Positions 29,433 to 37,549 of a stretch of 64,000 nucleotides of DNA are shown piece by piece. Both the position numbers and the translations under genes were made by a program. Under the pieces are notes generated by a model, which did not search any database, was not told where the DNA came from, and saw only the letters and a list, made by a program, of their open reading frames with translations. Location of the stretch: the IMG/VR virus record IMGVR_UViG_3300027749_002876, positions 186,001 through 250,000 of that record; one strand, 5' to 3'. Position 1 is the first letter of the stretch; every line of letters starts with the position of its first letter.

Positions 29433-29780
29433 ATGCTTAGACCTATATGCAAAACATGCGGAAAGAATCACTGTGCTGTGAATTATATCCGTGAGGGTAT
29501 TACACACTATCGCAGTGGATGTGATGAATGTGGACGTAAGAAAAAGAAGTTAAAGCCTAGAAAGGCTAACTGGACTAAGAGTGGTTATAAGAAAAAAGCC
29601 ACATGTGATTTGTGTGGCTTTAAGAGTTTGTTTCCTGCGCAAATGACAGTATATCACATTGACGGTAATTTAGAGAATATTGCTCTTACTAATTTACGAA
29701 CTGTTTGCTTATGCTGTATTGAGGTTGTTAAACGCAAGGAAGTAACTTGGCGTCGAGGTGATTTACAGGTTGACCACTGA
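29433..29780 (+). CDS. Cys-rich zinc-binding HNH-like protein (start revised to MLRPICK)
   Basis: three CxxC pairs plus YHIDGN...NLRTVCLCC; GATAAATA at 29421-29428. Confidence 0.7.
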   Translation: MLRPICKTCGKNHCAVNYIREGITHYRSGCDECGRKKKKLKPRKANWTKSGYKKKATCDLCGFKSLFPAQMTVYHIDGNLENIALTNLRTVCLCCIEVVKRKEVTWRRGDLQVDH

Positions 29781-30404
29781 GTTGACTTGTTTATGCAGTT
29801 CATCTATTGAACCATTGTTGTCGATATAATAATCATATAACAATCCTACACTACTATACTCACTAGCATGAACACTATAGTTACCTAATTCTACCATAGC
29901 TTTTAGTCTTTGTTCGCTACCTTCAGGTTCATTGTTATAGTCTACTGCCGAACTATACCAAACTGGACGTTCACCCCTGCTTACACGCATTGTAATGCCG
30001 CCTACACTTTTAATAGAATTAACTTCATTAACAAAACGACAATCTGTAATAACAATGTTTTCATCAGTCTGGCGTAACTTATTCTCTACACTTGCTACCC
30101 AAATATCAGTATGAAAGTTATTACGACACACTTCTGTTCCCCAGTATTGTAATACCCATCTTGGAGTAATATTCATACCCAATCGTTCACTCCACCATTC
30201 ATCACGTTGTTCGCGCCAAGCTCTACTGGTTTTAGTTGAACCCTCTAGATATTCTCTATTCCAACCAAAGACGGCTGCTACAGCGTCTTTTAAACTTGCC
30301 GCAAAACTAACACGCTTGAACCCGTGAAATGTGCAAAGATAGTCAGCAATCGTATCTTTCCCGCTCGAAATTAGCCCGGTTACACCAATAATTTTATTTT
30401 TCAT
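29763..30404 (-). CDS. deoxynucleoside monophosphate kinase (gp1-like)
   Basis: GLISSGKDT P-loop, SFAASLKD, PRWVLQYWGTE, TDCRF.NE, HASE. Confidence 0.9.
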   Translation of the reverse strand: MKNKIIGVTGLISSGKDTIADYLCTFHGFKRVSFAASLKDAVAAVFGWNREYLEGSTKTSRAWREQRDEWWSERLGMNITPRWVLQYWGTEVCRNNFHTDIWVASVENKLRQTDENIVITDCRFVNEVNSIKSVGGITMRVSRGERPVWYSSAVDYNNEPEGSEQRLKAMVELGNYSVHASEYSSVGLLYDYYIDNNGSIDELHKQVNSVVNL

Positions 30405-30410
30405 AAACTA

Positions 30411-30439
30411 AGTTTATCACATACTAATAGTAAAGTCAA
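30411..30439 (-). promoter_or_regulatory. sigma70-type promoter TTGACT-N17-TAAACT, 6 nt before ATG
   Basis: motif and spacing; no SD. Confidence 0.65.
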
Positions 30440-31272
30440 TTAGTATTTGCCCTATTATAATCCTCAAACAATTCTTCTATTGTTTTGTGACACTTAGCAC
30501 CCTTACTTGAATTTTCTATTTTTGGAATTAATCTTAGATTAGTCCAATGACCAATAACTTCTACAGAGATATTATTTTTGAATCCCTCGCTGATACTATA
30601 AATGTGGTCTAAATGTAATTGATTACTTCTTTCTAATTTATTTGGATTGATATCATAAAAATGTTCATACCAGTTTTTATTAGTAATCAATTTGACAGCG
30701 TTGTAATATTCTTCTACTAGAGTTCTATCTTTGGGATTGAGTGATTGCCATTCTTTGTTTCTATCTGAAAGTTTTTGTTTGATAGTAGGATGTTTGGATG
30801 GATTATCAACTCCGTACTTTTCCATCCAAGTTTTTCTTGCCGCCGCAAGGCTGGCTTTGTAGTCTCTATTGCGTTCATTCCATGGTTTATGATTACCTTC
30901 AATAAATCCAATTGAGAATTTTTTATTTGCTTGCATAGACTTATCGGGATCTTTTTGCCTCCAGTGATTCCCGGTAGTTGCTTTACTAACTATTTCTCCT
31001 ATTGCAGTATTTTTTATAGCTACAGATGAAAATTTGCGATAGGCTTTTTCATTCCATCTTAGAGGTTTTGCAGTAATCGGGCACACCTCAATAGAATATC
31101 GTTCGTTAAGTATATGCCATACTCGTTGTTTTGGTTTAGCATTAGGTGGTAGGAACGATGTAGCCTCTAAAATGTCAGACCATAATTCAGGGTGGGTTTT
31201 ACTCAAATATCTGGTTACAGATTTATTACAACTTGTATCTTCAGCAATAATGGTTGCAAGTATGTTTCTCAT
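30436..31272 (-). mobile_element. free-standing HNH homing endonuclease gene
   Basis: C-terminal HLDHIYS...IGHWTNLRLIPKIENSSKG; EKYGVDNPSK repeat-type motif; lies between gp13 and dNMP kinase. Confidence 0.8.
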
Positions 31273-31310
31273 ACTTGTATTTATGCCTTATCCTTATACT
31301 CATGTAAGAA

Positions 31311-32108
31311 TTAACCGGTGACCCAGGTCAGGGGTTGCGAATAGTCCACATATCGTTTCAACTCATCAATAAGTTGTTCCATTGCGGCTTTGCCTTCAGC
31401 TTTCATGGCTGTGCCGTTTAATGTTGTACCACCACCTGGGCCTGCAATAGTTCCAAACTTCTCACGTGCTTCACCAATGGTCAGTTTAAGATTAGCTAAT
31501 ATAAAGTCACCAATCCATACACCAGCACCCGGGTCTTGTAGTAATACTTCTTCTGGTCTTTGAACGTCTGCCCAAATAAGAACACGCTCACCACTACCTT
31601 TTGGATCACGCACAATACGTATAACTTTTGTTACTGGATCAAATGTGTAGATTACATATCCACCAAACATACGTGCGGCTAGTTCAACATAACCAGCATA
31701 GAAGTCATATGTTGCCATACCACCTGCATAGTTATAGTTGAGTAAATAAGTGTTTAATATAGCACTACTGAATGGATCAAAACTACTAGAACTTGGACCA
31801 GTTTCTAATCCAACTGTTCTGCGATAGATACAACGAACATTGATAAACTCTTGTGGAAGTGTGTAAATATCAACATTTTTTACAATCGTCATTAGTGTGT
31901 ATGATTCTGCCGTAGCATTTTGCGCTCTTTGACGATATACTTTAATTGCGTAGTTATATGCCGCTTCGTAGTGTTGAGGATCTAACTCTAGGTCAATGAT
32001 GCCATCACCCAATCTATAACGTAGATTACTGAATAATGCTTGTTTTAATTCATCCAGTGTTAGTCCAGATGGTGTAGAAAGCGGGTTAGCTGTTGCAGAT
32101 ATAGTCAT
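31311..32108 (-). CDS. gp13: neck protein (gp13-like)
   Basis: RLGDGIIDLELD...GEAREKF..IAGPGGGTTLNG..MKAEG. Confidence 0.85.
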   Translation of the reverse strand: MTISATANPLSTPSGLTLDELKQALFSNLRYRLGDGIIDLELDPQHYEAAYNYAIKVYRQRAQNATAESYTLMTIVKNVDIYTLPQEFINVRCIYRRTVGLETGPSSSSFDPFSSAILNTYLLNYNYAGGMATYDFYAGYVELAARMFGGYVIYTFDPVTKVIRIVRDPKGSGERVLIWADVQRPEEVLLQDPGAGVWIGDFILANLKLTIGEAREKFGTIAGPGGGTTLNGTAMKAEGKAAMEQLIDELKRYVDYSQPLTWVTG

Positions 32109-32110
32109 GG

Positions 32111-32143
32111 TAGTTTCCTGATATTGTATTTATCAGGAAACTA
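32111..32143 (-). promoter_or_regulatory. late promoter (32127-32134) within a perfect 13-bp hairpin that covers the gp13 SD
   Basis: TAGTTTCCTGATA / TATCAGGAAACTA. Confidence 0.8.
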
Positions 32144-32158
32144 TAGTCTTATAACCTA

Positions 32159-33112
32159 TTAGGCGTAACCATACCCTGCGGCGCCTAGATAACTTCTAGC
32201 AGTACCAACTCCTGTGGTATTTGTGGCAACAACACCTGCATTACTTACTAAATTGGTTATTGATGTTGCTGATCCGGTATCTCCATATCCAAATATAGCT
32301 TTATCAGCACCATAAATTGCGGCTGCTAGACCGGTTCTGGCAGTACCAACACCTGTAGTGTCACTGGCAATAGTACCGGTATTACTTACTAGATTAGTTA
32401 TTGCAGTAACTCCAATAGTACCACCATATCCATATCCAAATATAGCTGTATCAGTACCGTAGCCGGTTGCCGCCATATAACCTCTAGCAGTACCAACACA
32501 AGTAGTATTACTAGCAACTACTCCCGTATTGCTTACTAAGTTGATCGTTGACACTTGTGTACCACTGGAATTTTCACCAAATGCAAACATAGCTTTATCT
32601 GTTCCATATCCTACCGCCGCAATTTGATTCCTAGCAGTACCGGAACTCCCTACATCAGTAGCAACTACGCCCGTATTTGACACTAAGTTAGTCATCGATG
32701 CTCGGCTAGAATTATTAATCCATCCAAATCCAAATATAGCTTTATCTGTTCCATAACTTGCGGCTGCTAATCCATTTCTAGCAGTGCCTACACCAGTAGT
32801 ATCTGTAGCAACTACACCAGTATTTGATACTAGATTAGTTACTGCTGTTACAGCCACTGCTGGATAAACTGATCCAACATCACCGTATCCAAATATACCT
32901 TTGTCAGTACCATAAGTAGCGGCGGCTAAACTATTTCTAGCAGTGCCTACACCAGTAGTATCTGTAGCAACTACACCAGTATTTGATACTAGATTGGTCA
33001 TTGATACTAAAGTAGTTGAATAACCATATCCAAATATTGCCTTGCTTGAGGGGGGAGGTTGCTTTGTTACACTTACCCCGGCTCCAAATGAAATTCCTGC
33101 TCCAATATCCAT
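32159..33112 (-). CDS. six-repeat Kelch-like beta-propeller protein, paralog 2
   Basis: 6 x KAIFGYG-[variable]-TNLVSNTGVVATDTTGVGTAR-xx-LAAAGYGTD; own late promoter at 33132-33139 and AAGGA SD. Confidence 0.75.
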   Translation of the reverse strand: MDIGAGISFGAGVSVTKQPPPSSKAIFGYGYSTTLVSMTNLVSNTGVVATDTTGVGTARNSLAAATYGTDKGIFGYGDVGSVYPAVAVTAVTNLVSNTGVVATDTTGVGTARNGLAAASYGTDKAIFGFGWINNSSRASMTNLVSNTGVVATDVGSSGTARNQIAAVGYGTDKAMFAFGENSSGTQVSTINLVSNTGVVASNTTCVGTARGYMAATGYGTDTAIFGYGYGGTIGVTAITNLVSNTGTIASDTTGVGTARTGLAAAIYGADKAIFGYGDTGSATSITNLVSNAGVVATNTTGVGTARSYLGAAGYGYA

Positions 33113-33163
33113 AATATATCTTCCTTTATATTATTTATCAGGAAACTATAGTGTTGTAACCTA

Positions 33164-34108
33164 TTACACGGAACCATAACTTGCGGATGCGAGCCAACCT
33201 CTGGTAGTACCTACACCTGTAGTATCGGTAGCTACAACTCCTGTGTTTGATACTAGGTTGGTCATTGATAACTTAGTATTGGTAACATTTTGACCATATC
33301 CAAATATAGCCTTATCGGTACCATAACCTGCGGCTGCTAATGAATATCTAGCAGTGCCAACACCGGTAGTATCACTAGCAATAGTACCTGTATTACTTAC
33401 TAGATTAGTTATTGCTGTTACATCCCCGGATACTGTACCAAAACCAAATCCAAAAATAGCTTTATCAGTGCCGTAGCCTGCGGCTGCTAATGCATACCTA
33501 CTAGTACCGACACCTATCACATCATTACCAACTACACCTGTATTTGAAACTAGATTGGTGATTGAGTTTGGACCACCACCTGTTCCATATGAAAAAATAG
33601 CTTTATCAGTACCGTATCCTGCGGCTGCTAACGCATATCTAGCAGTGCCAACACCTGTTACATCATTACCAACTACACCTGTATTTGAAACTAGGTTAGT
33701 TAGTGAATAAGTTGTTGCTCCGATTCCATATCCAAATATAGCTTTATCAGTTCCATAGCCTGCGGCTGCTAACGAATATCTAGCAGTGCCAACACCCGTA
33801 GTATCTGTAGCAACTACACCTGCATTTGATACTAGATTGGTCACCGATACTGCCGCAAATGACCCATCTCGCCCAAATCCAAATATAGCTTTATCAGTAC
33901 CATAACCTGCGGCTGCAAGTTGTTGTCTAGCAGTGCCAACACCCGTAGTATCTGTAGCAACTACACCTGTGTTTGATACTAAGTTAGTTATCGAAATTTG
34001 TGTACCGGAATTATTAGTACCATATCCAAAAATTGCTTTATATGAGGGTGGGGGTTGTGGAGTTACACTTACTCCACCGCCAAATGAAATTCCTGCTCCA
34101 ATATCCAT
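33164..34108 (-). CDS. six-repeat Kelch-like beta-propeller protein, paralog 1
   Basis: same six-repeat architecture; own late promoter at 34128-34135. Confidence 0.75.
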   Translation of the reverse strand: MDIGAGISFGGGVSVTPQPPPSYKAIFGYGTNNSGTQISITNLVSNTGVVATDTTGVGTARQQLAAAGYGTDKAIFGFGRDGSFAAVSVTNLVSNAGVVATDTTGVGTARYSLAAAGYGTDKAIFGYGIGATTYSLTNLVSNTGVVGNDVTGVGTARYALAAAGYGTDKAIFSYGTGGGPNSITNLVSNTGVVGNDVIGVGTSRYALAAAGYGTDKAIFGFGFGTVSGDVTAITNLVSNTGTIASDTTGVGTARYSLAAAGYGTDKAIFGYGQNVTNTKLSMTNLVSNTGVVATDTTGVGTTRGWLASASYGSV

Positions 34109-34133
34109 AATATATCTTCCTTTATATTATTTA

Positions 34134-34583
34134 TCAGAGATCGCCCTCTTTTCGATTTTCACTATAAAATGCGTCAAAACTGCCACCGGGATAGCGACTT
34201 TCTAACTTCTTAACATTCTCAGCAATCACTTCATTTGGATCTAAATTCAATGCTCTACAAGCATTAATCCAATACCAAATTACATCTCCTAACTCACGTT
34301 TCATATGATAAACATTCTCATCTGTTAGTGCTTTTCCCTGAAAGAAAATCTTTTTGGGAATCTCAATAAACTCTCCAGACTCTGCGGCTAAACCCAAACA
34401 AGCGGTTAACAATAATGGAATATTAACATCTGGACCATGCTTTGTTAATCCATCATTTAAATCTATTTCACAATTACTATCTAATCGGTCTAGAGTGTCC
34501 ATAAATGTAGTCAAGTCATTACTTGGTTTACTTGTTACAGCCTTTACAAATTCACTATATTTGTTTAAATCAATGTTACTCAT
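34134..34583 (-). CDS. mazG: MazG-like nucleotide pyrophosphohydrolase
   Basis: GLAAESGEFIEIPKK...RELGDVIWY...NVKKLESRY. Confidence 0.9.
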   Translation of the reverse strand: MSNIDLNKYSEFVKAVTSKPSNDLTTFMDTLDRLDSNCEIDLNDGLTKHGPDVNIPLLLTACLGLAAESGEFIEIPKKIFFQGKALTDENVYHMKRELGDVIWYWINACRALNLDPNEVIAENVKKLESRYPGGSFDAFYSENRKEGDL

Positions 34584-35749
34584 TAAAATGCTTTCAGTAT
34601 AATCATGTTCTCATTAAAGCGTCCATTGGGTGCTGTAGCAACTGCTTTAATATCTTTAAAATACTTACGTGCCGCAGGCTTACTACCCATTACTTCTTTA
34701 ATCTGCTCAGCCGGTTTACGTAATGTCTTAACTTCACTTTGTGCGGTATCAAATCCGAGCAATGTATTACCTTTAACAGTAAATGCTTTACTGTAATCAT
34801 CAGCAATGTAATGATGTAACTTACGTTTTGCACTATCATAAATCCAAGCCTCACTAGCTCCATGTAATTTGATCGGACTAATGCTTGCCAAATCAAGTTT
34901 GCTTGCAGTATCTTTAAATACTTTTTGATATTTCAATTTAGCTACAATTTTCTCAACAGGCACAGCTTTACGTGCCCTAGGAGCTTTAGCGGCTTTCTTA
35001 ACACTAATGTAACTGTTCAAATCATTGATAACCAATTCAATGAACTTAACAATGTTCTTAACTTGCGTTTTAGTTAAATGGTCGTAACCTTGCACTAGTT
35101 GTGCATCGGTACCTTTGAGTAACTCCTCAAACTCATTTTGTTTCTTTTTCCATACTTCAGTTAAAATACTGATATGTTGTGGCATCACATTCTTTTTAGC
35201 GACTTCATCCATAGGACGTAGTGTGTGCTTTGTAGGTGCACCAGATGTAATGAACTCATCAAACAATCCTTCAAGTTCACCACCAGCTTCACGTGCTTTG
35301 TCACGCAAAATTTCCTGAATGTTGGGTCGTGATGGTGCCTCAACTTCAACTTTTTCTTCTTCCGGTTTGTGTACTAACTTTAGCAAACGATTGATTTCGT
35401 TTTCAAGTGTTAGTTCCTCATGCTCGGTTAATGATAGTCCACGCAATTGCATACGTGCTAACCAGCACAATGTTAGTAAGAATTCATTTTCATGTATCTT
35501 ACGCATAATCTTAGCATCAGTAGGACGTTTATTGTATTCCAAATATTGGGACAATAATTCTTTAGCGTCTTTCTTACCATAAAAACGATGATACCAAGTA
35601 AAACTACGCATCAATGCGACTCTACGTTTATCCTCATCTGGTTGTAGTACAAATAAGGGTTCATCCCCATAATGTTGTACATCTGCATCCCGAGGATTCA
35701 ATGCTTTAACTAGACTATGGTCCTCTGTATTACGCTTACGTGTTGCCAT
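34583..35749 (-). CDS. hypothetical early protein (start revised to MATRKR)
   Basis: AGGAG SD and a consensus sigma70 promoter upstream; C-terminal KTLRKP...NGRFNE. Confidence 0.75.
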   Translation of the reverse strand: MATRKRNTEDHSLVKALNPRDADVQHYGDEPLFVLQPDEDKRRVALMRSFTWYHRFYGKKDAKELLSQYLEYNKRPTDAKIMRKIHENEFLLTLCWLARMQLRGLSLTEHEELTLENEINRLLKLVHKPEEEKVEVEAPSRPNIQEILRDKAREAGGELEGLFDEFITSGAPTKHTLRPMDEVAKKNVMPQHISILTEVWKKKQNEFEELLKGTDAQLVQGYDHLTKTQVKNIVKFIELVINDLNSYISVKKAAKAPRARKAVPVEKIVAKLKYQKVFKDTASKLDLASISPIKLHGASEAWIYDSAKRKLHHYIADDYSKAFTVKGNTLLGFDTAQSEVKTLRKPAEQIKEVMGSKPAARKYFKDIKAVATAPNGRFNENMIILKAF

Positions 35750-35776
35750 TAGGCACTCCTTTGTATTGATTTTATT

Positions 35777-35805
35777 ATTATAACATAACCCATATTTATT
35801 GTCAA
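35777..35805 (-). promoter_or_regulatory. consensus sigma70 promoter TTGACA-N17-TATAAT
   Basis: exact consensus; divergent from the + strand late promoter at 35833-35840. Confidence 0.85.
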
Positions 35806-35845
35806 CCTTAGGATTCAAGCGTAGGACATTGCGATAAATACTATT

Positions 35846-37540
35846 ATGCCAAAACTGTCACTATACCGCCCAAATAAACAAAATGATTATCGTTTCTTCG
35901 ATAGGACAATATCCGAAGAATTACGTGTTGGCGGCACGGATTTATACATTCACAAGTATTTAGGTCCAACTAATCAAGGACCTAGTATTGATTATACTCA
36001 ACCAGAATATGATAGTTTAAATCCTACTAATATTCAGGATCTATTATTCCTAGAGAATAGAGATAGAACATACGATCCAAACATTTATAGATTACGTGGT
36101 CACTATAATGTACAGAATTTAGACTTTGATTTAAGTCAATTTGGTTTATTTTTAAATAACGATATTATCTTTATCAATGTACATTATAATGATATGATTG
36201 ATATTGTTGGTCGCAAGTTAATGGTGGGTGATGTATTAGAATTACCTCACTTATTAGATTATAATCCATTAAAAGAAACTATCCCAGTAGCATTAAAAAG
36301 ATTTTATAGTATTACTGATGCTAACTTTTCCAGTGAAGGATTTAGTCAAACATGGTATCCACATATGTGGCGTATTAAATGTGAACCATTAGTTGACAGT
36401 GAAGAATTTAGTCAAATATTAGCTGAACCAATTAACCAAGATAACTATTTAGGATTATGGGATAAAGATAAAACATATCCACCGGGTTATGTTATTACAT
36501 TTGGTGATAAGAATTATGTCAGTAAAATAGAAGTACCTATTGGCATTATGCCACCAAATCCAACATATTGGGAGTTAGATACGGCATCAAATCTTAAAGA
36601 TATTCTCGCTACTTATAATAAGAATATTGCAATTAATAATGCGGCATTGGAAGAGGCTAAACGTCTTGTACCTAAATCAGGATATGATAATAATAATTTA
36701 TATATTGTGCCTACATATGGTGTATTTGAAACTGATACACAATTATCAGGTAAATATAATCAACCTGCACCACCTGTTAATGTTATAATATCAAACTTTG
36801 GTCCGCCTACTGCTACTGTACAAATGATGCGTTCTTCACAATATAGAAACGCTAGCCCAGTATTACGTATACCTGCTAATTCAGTAAAAACAATTTGGGA
36901 TATGACACATGAAGGCGGTGCAATAGAACCTAGTGCAACGTTGTCATTACGATCAATGACCATTAAACCTACATTAACTGACACTGGTTCAGGTGCAGTA
37001 TCAGGTGATATTGTATTGACACTTGATAGTATTGGCGTCATTACAGGACCATATGGTACAGCAGATAATACATATGCAACGGCTGACCAGAATCCAGAAT
37101 TACCAGGATTTACCGATGAGATAACACCAGACATGGACTTTAGAGCAGATTGTGATCCACGATTCCAATTCATTGCACGTAGTAGTCCAAGAAGTTTTGG
37201 ATATACAACAGGTTACTTAGATGGTACAGGTGAAGCTCCAAATGGATTCCCAACAGGTGCTGGCATTAGTTTCCCGCAAAATCCTCAAGTAGGAGATTAT
37301 TTCTTACGTATAGATTATTTGCCACAATTACTATATCGTTGGGATGGTCAATTGTGGATAAGAATTTCACAAAATGTAAGAACAGATACCGGTATGACTA
37401 CAGGAGATTTGTCACAACAATCTAGCTTCATAAATAATAGCAATGTAACAGTATTAACTGATGGCACAACTACTACACAGAAACAGGCATTGAGTACAAT
37501 ACTTACAATTGCACCAGACACGATACCACCACAACCTTAA
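35846..37540 (+). CDS. neck/head-closure protein (gp14-like) with extensions
   Basis: upstream of gp15; LSQFGLFL..D and GDVLELP pattern; WDKDKTYPPGYVI...PPNPTYW insert; GATAAATA 5 nt before ATG. Confidence 0.65.
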   Translation: MPKLSLYRPNKQNDYRFFDRTISEELRVGGTDLYIHKYLGPTNQGPSIDYTQPEYDSLNPTNIQDLLFLENRDRTYDPNIYRLRGHYNVQNLDFDLSQFGLFLNNDIIFINVHYNDMIDIVGRKLMVGDVLELPHLLDYNPLKETIPVALKRFYSITDANFSSEGFSQTWYPHMWRIKCEPLVDSEEFSQILAEPINQDNYLGLWDKDKTYPPGYVITFGDKNYVSKIEVPIGIMPPNPTYWELDTASNLKDILATYNKNIAINNAALEEAKRLVPKSGYDNNNLYIVPTYGVFETDTQLSGKYNQPAPPVNVIISNFGPPTATVQMMRSSQYRNASPVLRIPANSVKTIWDMTHEGGAIEPSATLSLRSMTIKPTLTDTGSGAVSGDIVLTLDSIGVITGPYGTADNTYATADQNPELPGFTDEITPDMDFRADCDPRFQFIARSSPRSFGYTTGYLDGTGEAPNGFPTGAGISFPQNPQVGDYFLRIDYLPQLLYRWDGQLWIRISQNVRTDTGMTTGDLSQQSSFINNSNVTVLTDGTTTTQKQALSTILTIAPDTIPPQP

Positions 37541-37549
37541 AGAATATAT

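Larger units (their letters stand above)
32127..34137 (-). repeat. tandem ~1-kb cassette duplication bounded by three copies of CTGATAAATA
   Basis: identical 5' leader and first codons (33084-33141 vs 34080-34137); near-identical 3' spacers (32127-32161 vs 33132-33166). Confidence 0.9.

Noticed and set aside
32159-34108. Diversity-generating retroelement or CRISPR array as the explanation for the repeats
   Set aside because: Repeats are in-frame coding units with indels; changes are not confined to adenines; no reverse transcriptase, template repeat or cas gene in the window
35750-35818. N-terminal extensions in the ORF track (also 11396-11413, 54492-54506, 47784-47801, 29403-29432)
   Set aside because: They run through promoter sequences; the downstream ATGs fit SD or promoter spacing better
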